A stretch of 64,000 nt of DNA from Kofleriaceae bacterium (GCA_041389925.1 JAWKQX010000006.1:279837-343836); one strand, 5' to 3'; positions 30,658 to 40,749 are shown, counted from the stretch's first letter. The notes: generated by a model not told the origin, from the letters alone. A program made the numbers and translations.

Positions 30658-32115
30658 ATGGCCGACGCACGCTCCTGGTGGCAACGCCTGCTGGGGTGGC
30701 CCGCGGCGGGGCGGGGGCCGTCGTTCACCTCGGACCTCCCCGATGAGTTGCCGGAGGCGCGCGCTGCGCCGAGCAGCGACGCCGAGACGTTCCTGACCGA
30801 GCTGGTCGCGGACCTCGCGGACGGCAAGCGCCGCGACGAGCTCGCGAGCCCGACGACCCTGGCCAAGGTGGACGAGCTCTGGCGCGCCGGCAACGAACGC
30901 CTGGCGATCGAGTGGCTGGAGAAGCTGCTCTCGGTGCCGGGCGTCGCCGATGCGGACGCGCTCGCCCTGCGCGCCGCGCTCGTCGAGCGCTACGATCAAC
31001 GCCGCGAGCTCGAGCACGCGCTCGAGCACCTCGCGCGGCTCGCCGCCGAGGAGGCCCACGCGCTGCGCGCCCACTACCTGCTGGCCGAGCACTTCCGCCG
31101 CGCCGGGGACGAGCTGGCGGCCCTGCGGCACTACGAGGCGGTGCTGGGCCGCGACATGGCCTACCCGAACGTGCGCGCGCGCGTGGAGCGGCTGCGCCAG
31201 AGCGTGGGGCGCGGCGCCCCGGTTGGCGGTGAGACGATCGCGGGCGTGCAGGTCGCGGGCCTGCAGGTCGGTGTGCGCTATCAGCTCGTGCGCGAGCTCG
31301 GCCGCGGCGCGACCGGGGTCGTCTACCTGGCGCGCGACGTGGAGCTGGCGCGCGACGTCGCGGTGAAGCTCCTGCACCCGCACCTCGCGGGCGCCGAGAG
31401 CTCCGGCGCGATCGCGCAGTTCTTCCACGAGGCGCGCGTGATGGCGTCGCTGCGCCACCCCAACATCGTGGCGGTGCTCGATCTCGACGAGGCGTCGCGG
31501 CGCATCGTGATGGAGCTCGCTGGCGGCGGCACGCTGCGCGAGCTGCTCCGTGATCGTGGCGCCCGGCCGCTGCGCCGCTCGCTGGAGCGTCACGTGCAGA
31601 TCCTCTCCGCGCTCGCCGCCGCGCACCGCCGAGGCATCATCCACCGCGATCTCAAGCCCGGCAACCTGATGTTCCGACGCGATCCCGATCTGCCGGGCAT
31701 CGAGGTGATGCTCGGCGACTTCGGGGTCGCGCACCTGCCGGAGACCCAGGCCTCGTCGCCGGCGCGCCCCGAGGTGGCGGGCACGCTGGCCTACATGGCG
31801 CCGGAGCATCGGCGCGGCAACGCGGAGCCGGCGTCCGATCTCTTCTCCGCTGCGGTGGTCTTCTTCGAGATGGTGACCGCGCGCGCGCCGTGGCCGTGGA
31901 CCGAGGTGCTCGCCGGCAAGCGCGCGCGCGAGGACTTTCGCCTGCCGCCGGAGGTGCTGCGGTCCGCGCCCGACGTCGCAGACGACCTGAACGAGCACCT
32001 GATGTCGCTCGGTGATCCGGATCCCGCGCGGCGGCCGTCCACGCGCGAGGCGCTCGAGCAAGCGCAGCGCCTGCGCGAGCGCGTGATGGCGGCGGGCGTC
32101 GACGGCGCGCCCTGA
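30658..32115 (+). CDS. Ser/Thr protein kinase (Hanks-type) with N-terminal TPR-like region
   Basis: 'LGRGATGVVY..VAVK' (subdomains I-II), 'HRDLKPGNLMF' (VIb), 'DFGVA' (VII), 'APE' (VIII). AAGAG SD before ATG 30658. Confidence 0.85.
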   Translation: MADARSWWQRLLGWPAAGRGPSFTSDLPDELPEARAAPSSDAETFLTELVADLADGKRRDELASPTTLAKVDELWRAGNERLAIEWLEKLLSVPGVADADALALRAALVERYDQRRELEHALEHLARLAAEEAHALRAHYLLAEHFRRAGDELAALRHYEAVLGRDMAYPNVRARVERLRQSVGRGAPVGGETIAGVQVAGLQVGVRYQLVRELGRGATGVVYLARDVELARDVAVKLLHPHLAGAESSGAIAQFFHEARVMASLRHPNIVAVLDLDEASRRIVMELAGGGTLRELLRDRGARPLRRSLERHVQILSALAAAHRRGIIHRDLKPGNLMFRRDPDLPGIEVMLGDFGVAHLPETQASSPARPEVAGTLAYMAPEHRRGNAEPASDLFSAAVVFFEMVTARAPWPWTEVLAGKRAREDFRLPPEVLRSAPDVADDLNEHLMSLGDPDPARRPSTREALEQAQRLRERVMAAGVDGAP

Positions 32116-32117
32116 CG

Positions 32118-32362
32118 GTGGCGGTGACGGAGGCGGTGGCGGCGGCGGAGACGGAGACGGAGACGGAGGCGGTGGCGGAGGCGGTGGCGGTGGCGGCGGC
32201 GGAGACGGAGGCGGTGGCGGAGACGGAGGCGGTGGCGGCGGCGGTGACGGTGACGGCGGCGGAGGCGGTGGCGGAGACGGTGGCGGAGACGGTGGCGGTG
32301 GCGGTGGCGGTGGCGGTGGCGGTGGCGGTGGCGGTGGCGGTGGCGGTGGCGGTGACGTGACC
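32118..32362. repeat. Simple-sequence tract of GGCGGTGGC/GGAGAC 9-mer and 6-mer units (about 245 bp) directly after the kinase stop, in a convergent intergenic region
   Basis: ...ggtggcggtggcggtggcggtggcggtggcggtggcggtggcggtggcggtgac. Encodes poly-Pro on the opposite strand, which is an artefact ORF. Confidence 0.85.
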
Positions 32363-32626
32363 GAGGCTCGCGAGGTCGCTCCCGCGCTTGCTGTGGGTCT
32401 CGGGTCCGGGCGTTTGCCACACGAGGGCCTTCCCTCGTATGAGGCCACGCGAGGTACGTGCGGAGCCAGGTAGGGCCTACCTTCATACAAACGCCGGACC
32501 GAGCCCACGAGCTCGCGCGGGGCGCGCTACGCGAAGAGGTGGTGCCTGGGAACGCGGGCTGGTCTGAACGACCAGGTTGAACCCCAGCCTCACCGGGGGC
32601 GGGGGACGGAGGCCGGTGTCGGGCGC

Positions 32627-33984
32627 TCAGCCGGCGTCGATGTCCGCGAGCGCGCGCCGCCAGCCGGCGAGCTTGTCCTCGGTCTCGACGAGCTCCGCCG
32701 CCGGGTCGGAGTCCGCGACGATGCCGCCGCCGACGTGGAGGCGCAGCTCGCTGGAGGTGAGCACGCCGACGCGGATCGACAGCGCGAGATCCAGATGGCC
32801 GGCGCCGAAGTATCCGAAGGCGCCGCAGTACGGGCCGCGACGCGCGACCTCCAGCTCATCGATCAGCTGCATCGCGCGGACCTTGGGCGCGCCGGTGATC
32901 GATCCGCCGGGGAACGTCGCGCGCAGCAGGGCGCGATGATCGACGCCGGCGGCGAGCTTGGCGCTGATCCGCGAGACGCGGTGGAGCACGGTCGCGAACT
33001 CGACCACGTACCCGAGCGCGTCGACGGTGACGGTCCCTCCCTCGGCGACGCGGCCGAGGTCGTTGCGCTCCAGATCGACGATCATCAGGTGCTCGGCGCC
33101 GTCCTTCTCCGCCTCCGCGAGGTCGCGGGCGGCAGCCAGATCGCGCGGCTCGTCGTGGAGCCGCGGGCGCGTGCCCTTGATCGGGCGGGTCTCCAGCTTG
33201 CCGGCGTGGAGGTGGAGGAAGCGCTCCGGCGAGCTCGACAGCAAGGTGACGCTGTCGGTCTCGAGCAGGCCGCCGTAGGGCGCAGGGGAGCGGCGCGCCA
33301 GCGCGGCGTAGAGCGCGAGCGCGTCGCCGGGCGCGCGCTGCCGCGCGACGTGGCGCCGCGCGAGGTTCACCTGGTAGACGTCGCCCGCCGCGAGGTACTC
33401 CAGGACGCGCTCGACGCGCGCGCGGTGGTGGTCGCCGCTGTCGTCGGCGACGAGCGGGCCGAACCGCGGCGCGAGGGCGGGCGACGGGGGCCCGTGCTGG
33501 AGGGACTCGGCGAGCTGCGCGCGCGCCGGGGCCGCGCCCAACAGGCGGGGGCCGCGAGCGTCGTAGCGGACGATCGCGTCGTACGCCCCGAGCCACACCT
33601 CGGGGCAGTCGTCCCCGAGCGCGGGGCCGCGGTCGAGCGCCTCGATCGCTCTCGCCAGATCGTAGCCGAGGTACCCGAGCACGCGGGGGCGGGGCTCGTC
33701 GTCCTCGGGCGCGGCGAGCCCGGCGCCGTGCTCCTCGAGGAAGTCCGCGATGGCGTCGACGGGATCTCCGCTCCAGCGCCGCGCCGGCCGCCCCTGGGGA
33801 TCGAGGCGCAAGAGCGAGCGGCCGCGGGCGATGAGGGTGTCTCGCGGGGCGGCGGCGACGAAGCTCGCCGCGCCGAGCTCGTCGTCGTCGCGCGCCGAGT
33901 GCAAGAGCGCGCGACCGCGCAGGCCGCGCAGGCGGGCGCAGGCCGCGAGCGGATCGGGGGGCAGCTCGCCGCTCTCGGTCACGC
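32627..33984 (-). CDS. pabB: Aminodeoxychorismate synthase component I-like (chorismate-binding enzyme, PabB/TrpE family)
   Basis: 'SSPERFL...LETRPIKGTRPR' (PIKGT Lys is typical of PabB), 'GGSITGAPKVRAMQLIDELE', 'RGPYCGAFGYF'. GTG 33984 overlaps the upstream TGA (GTGA). Confidence 0.75.
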
Positions 33985-35472
33985 AGGTGGGCCGTGGCCG
34001 CCGTGGGACTCCGGGCCGAGCGGGGGCGCGGGCGGCGCGGCCGACTCGACGAGCACGACGCCCTCCCCCGTGCACTCCACGCAGACGTCGACGAACGGAT
34101 CCTGCGGCCCGGGCATCACCGCGCGCGGTACCACCCGGCCGATCCAGCCCGCGAGCGCGCGCGCGTGGACGACCATGGTGCCCGAGGCGGGGAGCTTGAT
34201 CGAGGTCAGCGCGCCGACGGTGCGGAACGCGACCGCGCCGTCGCCGCGGAACTGCACGACCGGCACCTTGCCGCGCAGCCCCGGGATGTGTCCGTTCTCC
34301 CAGCGAAGCGTGCTGGAGAACGCGAAGACCCTCTCTTCGCGCAGGTAGAGGATATCGTCGTCGAGATAGACGGCGGTGAAGCGCCCGCCCTCGGGGAAGG
34401 CCACCAGGTAGCCCTGTCCGCTGATCGCGGAGAGCGGATCGCCGCCGTGGTCGAAGCGGTCCTGCGAGTTGGTGCCGCGAGATCTGCGATAGGCGGGGTC
34501 GCGCTGGAGCGCGCCGCCGGCGGCGTACACGCCGCTCATGCGGCAGTACACGCGATCCGTCACCCGCACGACCAGCGCGCCGCTCGGGCTGACCTCGAAG
34601 GCGTGGTCGCCTTCGTCGGGGCGGACCAGCGCGTGCGTGGCCAGCTCGGAGAGCGGCTGCGGTGGCGAGTGCCCGGTGCTCACCTTGGTGCCGGCCTCGC
34701 GGCCCGAGGTCGCCGGCGAGGCGCTCGCGACCGCGCGCGTGATCGCGCCGCCATCGGGCGCTTGCTTCGGCACCGCCTCGGAGGGGCTCGGCGCAGGGCG
34801 CGCGCCGCTGTGGCTCTCCGGCGCCTGGGTGACGAAGCGCTGCGACGGCGAGGCGGTCGCGGGGCGGCGGACGACCCCGCCCATGCCGATGTTGCGCTCG
34901 GTGCGGCGCTCCTTGGGCCCCGCGGGCCGTCGGCCGGCGGGCGCGGCGGTCGCGGGTGCGGGCTCCGCGGGCGCGCCGCCCAGCTTGAGCAACACCCGGC
35001 TGCGCTCTTCGTCGGCGAGGTTCGGCTCGATCTCCATCGCGAGCTCGCCCTGGCCGGCGATCAGGAAGGCCTCGTAGGCGTCGGCGTAGCGCCCGGCGCG
35101 CGCGTACGCCAGGCCGAGGTAGTTGACGGCGCGGCCCTGGCTGGGATCGAGCCCGCGGCTGGCCTCCAGCGCCTCGATCGCTCCTTCGGTGTCTCCCAGC
35201 TTGAGGCGGACGAGCCCCAGGTTGAGACGGTGCGAGGCGTCGGTCGGCAGGCGGGCGCAGAGCTCCTCGTAGATCGGCCGCGCATCGGTGAACTGGTTCG
35301 CGCGGAAGTAGGACAGGCCGAGCAGCGCGAGCGCGCGCACGTTCTCCGGATCGACCTGAAGTGCGGCGAGGAAGGTGCGCTGCGCCTCGAGGAGGTTGCC
35401 GGCGCGCAGGAACTCGTTGCCGCTGACGATCGCGCGCTCGAACGCCTCGTGGGCCGCGGGGCTAGGCGGCAT
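33979..35472 (-). CDS. TPR-repeat protein with C-terminal AIM24-like (DUF124-type) beta domain
   Basis: N-terminal TPRs ('ALALLGLSYFRANQFTDARPIYEEL'). Central Pro/Ala-rich linker. C-terminal 'GYLVAFPEGGRFTAVYLDDDILYLRE...VVHARALAGW' resembles the AIM24 family. This assignment is tentative. Confidence 0.55.
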   Translation of the reverse strand: MPPSPAAHEAFERAIVSGNEFLRAGNLLEAQRTFLAALQVDPENVRALALLGLSYFRANQFTDARPIYEELCARLPTDASHRLNLGLVRLKLGDTEGAIEALEASRGLDPSQGRAVNYLGLAYARAGRYADAYEAFLIAGQGELAMEIEPNLADEERSRVLLKLGGAPAEPAPATAAPAGRRPAGPKERRTERNIGMGGVVRRPATASPSQRFVTQAPESHSGARPAPSPSEAVPKQAPDGGAITRAVASASPATSGREAGTKVSTGHSPPQPLSELATHALVRPDEGDHAFEVSPSGALVVRVTDRVYCRMSGVYAAGGALQRDPAYRRSRGTNSQDRFDHGGDPLSAISGQGYLVAFPEGGRFTAVYLDDDILYLREERVFAFSSTLRWENGHIPGLRGKVPVVQFRGDGAVAFRTVGALTSIKLPASGTMVVHARALAGWIGRVVPRAVMPGPQDPFVDVCVECTGEGVVLVESAAPPAPPLGPESHGGHGPPA

Positions 35473-35634
35473 GCGGCCCCGAGCGGCGCGGCCCGGCTGC
35501 GCTCATCGCGCCGGTCGGAAGACGGAGGGACAGGACGACGTGCGGACAAGCTCCCACCGCGCCATTACACCTCAAATTCGCCGCCGCTGCACCGATCTGG
35601 TGGGGATTGCGTCGCGCGGCGTGGCTCCGCGCGG

Positions 35635-38601
35635 TCAGGGCCGCGCGACGCGCAGCGCCCCACGCGGCGAGAGCTCCACGATGATCGCGCCGCCGAGATC
35701 GGTGCGCAGCACGCGGGCGCCGCCGCGCTGCCACCGGCTCACCACGTCGAGGTCGGGGAAGCCGAAGCGGTTGCCGCGGCCGCACGAGATGACGGCGAGC
35801 TCGGCGCCGGTCGCGGCGAGCAGCCCCGGCGTCGACGAGGTCGGGCTGCCGTGGTGCGGCACCTTGACGACGTCGGCGCGGAGCCGCCCGGAGGCGGCCT
35901 CGACGAGGACGTCCTCGCCCTCCAGCTCGAGGTCGCCGAGGAAGAGCGCGCGCCGCCCGGCGTACGCCACCATCGCCACGGCGGAGTTGTCGTTGATCGA
36001 GCGGACCGGGTCGGCGGCGAGCTGCGTCGCGGCGTCGCGGCTGGGCTGGTAGCGCGGCGCCAGCAAGGAGAGGCGCGCTCCTTCGGCGCTGCGCCGCCCC
36101 AGCGGCGGCGGCGCGCGCACGACCGTGCCGGCGCGGCGGAGCTCGGCGACCACGTGCGCGAAGCTCGGCGCGGCGCGCGCGTCGCTCGCGGGCCGCCGCG
36201 GCGCCTCATCGAGGAAGCCGGGCGGGATCCACAGCTCACCGATCGGGACGCGCCCCGCCAGCGCGAGCAGCCCGAGGTAGTGGTCCGGGTGCGGGTGCGA
36301 GATGACCGCGACGTCGATGCGGCGGCGACGCGCGAGCTCCAGGTACGAGGCGATCGCGCGGCCGGGCGCGGCGGCGCCTTCTGGGGTCTTCGCGCCCGGC
36401 GCGCCGCCTGCGTCGATCAACCACAGCTCGGTGCGCGTCTCGACCAGCGCGGCGTCGCCCTGACCGACGTCGAAGAAGGTGACGCGGACGCCGTCGGGCG
36501 CGGGCAGCGGCGCCGCGAGCCACAGCGCGCACACCGCGGCCCACGCGCTCACCTCGAGCCAGCGCCGGCGCGGACGCGCGCACAGCGCGGTCCCGAGCGC
36601 CCACAGCCCGGTCGCGACCCACGGCGAGGCGATCGCGACGACGCCGACCGGGCACAGCGGCGCCAGGCGCGCCGCGACGGCGTCGGCGAAGGTGAGGATC
36701 GCCGCGGCCAGCTCGAGGAGCGCGGCGCCGAGCCCCGCCGACAGCTCGCCGAGGGACAGCCCCAGGAGCCCCAGCGGCAGGGCCGCCAGCTCGACGAGCG
36801 GTGTGACGAGCGCGTTGCCCAGCACCCCGCCCGGCTGCACCTGATGGAAGTGATAGGCGGTGATCGGCGCGGTCGCCAGGGTCAGCCACGCCGAGGTGGT
36901 GGCGGCGCGCGCGAAGTACGCCAGCGCGCGTCCGCGCCAGGTCCGCGCGCTCGTCTTCGGGCGACCTGCCTGGGCGATGAGCGCCAGCGCCGCTGCGAAG
37001 GAGAGCTGGAAGGACGGCTCCCAGAGCTGACCAGGCGCCCACGCCAGGAGCAGGACCGAGGCGAGCGCGAGCGCGTCGAGCAGGCGCAGCGGGCGGCCCA
37101 GCGCGGCGGCCATCATCCAGAGGAGCGCGAGCACGAGCGCGCGCAGCGTGGCGATCTGCGCTCCGGTCAGCATCGTGTAGCCGATCGCGAGCAGCGCCGC
37201 CGGGCCGGCGGCGAGCGCGGCGGGGTCGGTGCGGGTACCCAGCGCGGCGGCGGCTCGACGCAGCCCGGAGAACACGAGCAGCGCGACGACGGCGAGGTGC
37301 AGCCCGCTGACGCTCAGCACGTGGTAGATGCCGATCGCGCGCCAGCGCTCGTTGAGCTCCTCCGGCACGTCGGCGCGGACGCCGAGGGTGACGCCGGCGA
37401 GCACGGCGCGCGCGGCTGCGTCGGTGTCGGCGGTTGCGGCGGTCGCGCCTGGGGGGGCGACGACGGTGGCGGTCGTGGGTGCGTCGTCGGGGGGCGCTGC
37501 ATCGTTGGCGACGGTGGCAGTGGCGGGTGCGGTGGCGGAGGCGGAGGCGGGCGCCGCGACGGAGGCGGTAGCTGGTGCGGCGACGGTATCGGTGGCGGGT
37601 GCGGTGGCGGCGACGGAGGCGGAGGCGGTGGCGGCGACGGAGGCGGTGGCGGAGGCGGGTGCGGTGGCGGCGACGGTGGCGGTAGCGGGTGCGGCGACGG
37701 TGGCGGTGGCGGCGACGGCGACGGCGACGGTGGCGGTAGCGGGTGCGGTGGCGGAGGCGGTGGCGGTGGCGGGTGCGGTGGCGGAGGCGGTGGCGGTGGC
37801 GGTAGCGGGTGCGGTGGCGGGTGCGGTAGCGGGTGCGGCGACGGTGGCGGTAGCGGGTGCGGTGGCGGTGGCGGCGGCGGTGGCGGCGACGGAGGCGGCT
37901 GCGGGTGCGGCGACGGTGGCGGGAGCGGCGACGGCGTCGGCGTCGGTGGCGGGAGCGTCGTCGGCGATGCGCGTGATCCGCGCGAGCCAGCGCGCACGCA
38001 GCCGAGCGACGCCGCGCCACGCCGTCAAGCGCACGTCGCGGTCCCGGCCGAGCACCTCGAGCTCCTCCGCGGTGAGCTCGCCGGTGATGCCCTCGGCGCG
38101 GAGCGAGGCGGCGCGATCAGGGCTGCCTGGGTTGCGGGCGCCTCGCGGGGGCCGCAGGCGCCCGGTGAGGCGGACCTCGTCGCCGGGCCAGGCCGTCACC
38201 GGCGCGCGGACGCGCAGCGCGCCGACGGCGGTCTCGACGACGAGGCCGTAGTCGCCGGCGCGCCGGGGCTCCGCCGGACGCGTGACGACGCCGCGCAGCT
38301 CCACTGCAGCGCGGGGCGCGGGCGGCTCGTCGGCGTTCCTCGAGCGCTCGGCCGGACCGCGCACGCCGTAGGCGAGCGCGCCGAGGGTGAGCGCCGCGAG
38401 GCCCCACGCCAGGCGCTGCGCGGCGCGGCGCCCGCTGCGGCGCGCGGCGACGGGGAGGAAGGCGGCGATGAGCGCGGCGGCGAGCGCGCAGAGCGGCGCG
38501 CCCACGCCGCGCCCGGCGAGGACGCCGAGCGCGAAGGCCACCGCGAGCTGGGGAGGGCTCGGGAGCGCCTCGCGAGGAGAGCGGGCGGGGGAGGCGGGCA
38601 T
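35635..38601 (-). CDS. comEC: DNA internalization-related competence protein ComEC/Rec2 with C-terminal MBL domain. Contains an about 180-aa Ala/Thr/Pro low-complexity insertion.
   Basis: Competence domain TM helices. C-terminal 'VTFFDVGQGDAALVE...ISHPHPDHYLGLL...HHGSPTSS' MBL motifs. ATG 38601. Insertion 'ATAPATATVAAPATAPATAPATATATASATAP...' is encoded by repeats at 37430-37990. Confidence 0.85.
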   Translation of the reverse strand: MPASPARSPREALPSPPQLAVAFALGVLAGRGVGAPLCALAAALIAAFLPVAARRSGRRAAQRLAWGLAALTLGALAYGVRGPAERSRNADEPPAPRAAVELRGVVTRPAEPRRAGDYGLVVETAVGALRVRAPVTAWPGDEVRLTGRLRPPRGARNPGSPDRAASLRAEGITGELTAEELEVLGRDRDVRLTAWRGVARLRARWLARITRIADDAPATDADAVAAPATVAAPAAASVAATAAATATAPATATVAAPATAPATAPATATATASATAPATATASATAPATATVAVAVAATATVAAPATATVAATAPASATASVAATASASVAATAPATDTVAAPATASVAAPASASATAPATATVANDAAPPDDAPTTATVVAPPGATAATADTDAAARAVLAGVTLGVRADVPEELNERWRAIGIYHVLSVSGLHLAVVALLVFSGLRRAAAALGTRTDPAALAAGPAALLAIGYTMLTGAQIATLRALVLALLWMMAAALGRPLRLLDALALASVLLLAWAPGQLWEPSFQLSFAAALALIAQAGRPKTSARTWRGRALAYFARAATTSAWLTLATAPITAYHFHQVQPGGVLGNALVTPLVELAALPLGLLGLSLGELSAGLGAALLELAAAILTFADAVAARLAPLCPVGVVAIASPWVATGLWALGTALCARPRRRWLEVSAWAAVCALWLAAPLPAPDGVRVTFFDVGQGDAALVETRTELWLIDAGGAPGAKTPEGAAAPGRAIASYLELARRRRIDVAVISHPHPDHYLGLLALAGRVPIGELWIPPGFLDEAPRRPASDARAAPSFAHVVAELRRAGTVVRAPPPLGRRSAEGARLSLLAPRYQPSRDAATQLAADPVRSINDNSAVAMVAYAGRRALFLGDLELEGEDVLVEAASGRLRADVVKVPHHGSPTSSTPGLLAATGAELAVISCGRGNRFGFPDLDVVSRWQRGGARVLRTDLGGAIIVELSPRGALRVARP
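37430..37990. repeat. GCGGTGGCGGAGGCG-type simple-sequence tract inside comEC, same repeat family as 32118-32362
   Basis: ...ggcggtggcggaggcgggtgcggtggcggcgacggtggcggtagcgggtgc... repeated about 35 times with variation. Confidence 0.85.
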
Positions 38602-38634
38602 CGCGCGGCTCTCGGCCGGGGGCGCCGGCGGTTG

Positions 38635-38800
38635 CGCGTCGTCGCGCGGTCCGCGGGCGAGCGTCTGCGGGCGCGAGCGGCGAGGCGTCGTCGCGCGGTC
38701 CGCGGGCGAGCGTCTGCGGGCGCGGGCGGCGAGGCGTCGTCGCGCGGTCCGCGGGCGAGCGCCGAAGGCGCCGGCTGCGTCGCCGCGCGGTCCGCGCACC
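38635..38800. repeat. Tandem direct repeat, 50-bp unit x about 3.3, in the intergenic region just upstream of comEC
   Basis: gcgtcgtcgcgcggtccgcgggcgagcgtctgcgggcgcgRgcggcgag at 38635, 38685 and 38735 (third copy diverges after 28 bp, with a partial fourth). Confidence 0.9.
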
Positions 38801-38820
38801 GCGCCAGAGGTCGGCGGAGG

Positions 38821-40749
38821 TCAGCGCATCAGGTCGCGCAGCAGCTTCATCGGCGGCGCGCCGTAGCTCAGCACGCGGTCGTGATAGGCGCGCTCGGAGA
38901 AGCCCGGGGCCTGCTCCGCGCTGGCGCGCAGCTTCATGAACTCCGCGAAGCCGTAGTAGTACGTGGTGAGCTGCGCGCTCGACAGGCGCGCGCGCTTCCA
39001 CTTGCCGACCGCCTCGCCCTCTTCCTGGAAGGCCTCGCCTTGCATCAGCGCGAGCGCTTGCTTCTCGTCCATCTGGCCGGCGTGGATCTCATGGTCCAGG
39101 ATCGCGTTGGCGCACAGCCGCAGCACCATCTTCTGGCGCTGCAGCCGGACCTTGGGGCCGCCCATGCCGTACTTGGCGAGCAGCCACTCGCCGTACACCG
39201 CCCAGCCCTCGACGAACGGGCCGCTCGAGTAGAGTGCCCGCAGCTTCGAGGGGAAGCGGTTGTTGTGCATCGCCTGCAGGAAGTGACCGGGCATCGCCTC
39301 GTGGATGGTCAGCTCCACGAGCATGCTGCGGTTGTACTCCTTGTAGAACGAGGCGACCCGGGCCTTGTCCCAGTCCTTCGGCGTCGGGGCGATCGCGTAG
39401 TACGTCTCCGGCTTCTGCTCGAACGGCCCGGACGAGTCGCAGTACGCCACCGCCACGCCGCGGCGGTACTCCGGCATCTCGATCACCGCGCACGGTTCGT
39501 CCGGGACGCGGACGAGGTCGCGCTCACGCACGAACGCGGTGACGCGGTCCAGCATCTGGCGCGCCTCGGCCACGATCGTCGCGTTGGTGGGGCGGTCGGT
39601 GGCGACCTCGTCGAGCACGCGCTTGACCAGCGCGCGCTTGGCGGCCGGGGTGTCGTGCCGCGGCGGGCGCGCGCCGCGGAACAAGGTGGGCCACAGCTCC
39701 AGTGAGGTGGCCACCATCTCCTCGCGCGTGGCGGCGAGCAGCGCCCGAGCGCCGGCGGCGACCTCGTCGATGTCGACGTCATCGCCGAGCTCGTAGCGCA
39801 GCTTCTGCTCGAAGCGGGCGCGGCCCAGGCGGAAGTCGCCGTCGCTGCGCGGCGCGAGCTCCTGCTCGAAGAAGGTGATCAGCTCGCCGAGCGCGGCGCT
39901 GGCGATCGCCGCGGCGGCCTCGACCTCGGCGCGCTGCGCCGGCGCCTTGGCCAGCGCGTCCTCGAGGCCGTGCGTGGTGACCTCCAGCAGGCCGCGCGCC
40001 TGCGCGATCGCGGTCTCCGTGAAGATCTTCGGCGGGCGCGCCAGGCGCGCGCGCGCCGCGGCGACCACCGCCGGGATGCCCCGCAGGCGCGCGGCCAGGT
40101 TCGTCATGCGCTCCTCGATCGGCGCGAAGTCGCGGGTCAGCAGCGGGTCGAGCCCATCGCCGAGCAGGCCTACGTACGCCAGCGGGTTCCGCTCGAGCGG
40201 GCGCAGCTCGTCGATGGTGAACAGGGCGTAGGCGAGCTGCTTTTGCAGGATCTGGCGATCCACGCGGTTGGTCTCGTCGAGCTCGGCCTCATCGAACGCC
40301 GCCACCGCGGCCTGCGTCTCGGCGTAGAGCGCGCGGAGCTTGGCCGTGCCCTCGACGCTCACGTCCGGCCAGCGGCCGTCATGGCGGTGCTCGCCCGCCT
40401 GCGTGGCCTGTCCCGGCTCCAGCGCGAACAGGTCCCGGAGGTAGCGCTCGGTGAGGTCGCGGAAGCGCTGGTTTGCGTCCGGCGCCGACGGCGCCGCGGC
40501 GCTGCCGGTGGCCTCGGCGGCGGTGCGGGCGACCGGGCTCGCGGGTGGCTGGCTCGCGGACGAGCAAGCGAGCAGCGCGCCGGCGAGCAGCGCGGCCCGC
40601 GCGGCGGTCGGGAGGCGAGGGCGGGACGAGGATGATCGAGGGAGGGGCGCGTTCACCCCCCGGGTGTACCGCACCTGGCCGGCGGCGCGGCGCTCGTCGC
40701 GCGAACCTGGCCGGGCCGCGCCGCACCGCGCTGCGCTGCGCCACGCCAC
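38821..40749 (-). CDS. DUF885-family protein (putative lipoprotein/metallopeptidase-like)
   Basis: '[13 protein letters not shown]' matches the DUF885 HExxPGHH motif. Lipobox 'LLAGALLAC'. Start uncertain because of a long pre-signal region. Confidence 0.65.
   Translation of the reverse strand: MAWRSAARCGAARPGSRDERRAAGQVRYTRGVNAPLPRSSSSRPRLPTAARAALLAGALLACSSASQPPASPVARTAAEATGSAAAPSAPDANQRFRDLTERYLRDLFALEPGQATQAGEHRHDGRWPDVSVEGTAKLRALYAETQAAVAAFDEAELDETNRVDRQILQKQLAYALFTIDELRPLERNPLAYVGLLGDGLDPLLTRDFAPIEERMTNLAARLRGIPAVVAAARARLARPPKIFTETAIAQARGLLEVTTHGLEDALAKAPAQRAEVEAAAAIASAALGELITFFEQELAPRSDGDFRLGRARFEQKLRYELGDDVDIDEVAAGARALLAATREEMVATSLELWPTLFRGARPPRHDTPAAKRALVKRVLDEVATDRPTNATIVAEARQMLDRVTAFVRERDLVRVPDEPCAVIEMPEYRRGVAVAYCDSSGPFEQKPETYYAIAPTPKDWDKARVASFYKEYNRSMLVELTIHEAMPGHFLQAMHNNRFPSKLRALYSSGPFVEGWAVYGEWLLAKYGMGGPKVRLQRQKMVLRLCANAILDHEIHAGQMDEKQALALMQGEAFQEEGEAVGKWKRARLSSAQLTTYYYGFAEFMKLRASAEQAPGFSERAYHDRVLSYGAPPMKLLRDLMR

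Noticed and set aside
30535-32508. 657-aa minus-strand ORF containing a long poly-Pro/Ser run
   Set aside because: It is the reverse complement of the kinase gene plus the GGCGGTGGC repeat tract. The poly-Pro is just the antisense reading of the SSR.
33994-39705. 1903-aa plus-strand ORF spanning about 5.7 kb
   Set aside because: It runs antisense to four well-supported minus-strand genes (TPR-AIM24, comEC, DUF885). Its translation is Arg/Gly/Ala-rich nonsense typical of stop-depleted 70% GC antisense frames.
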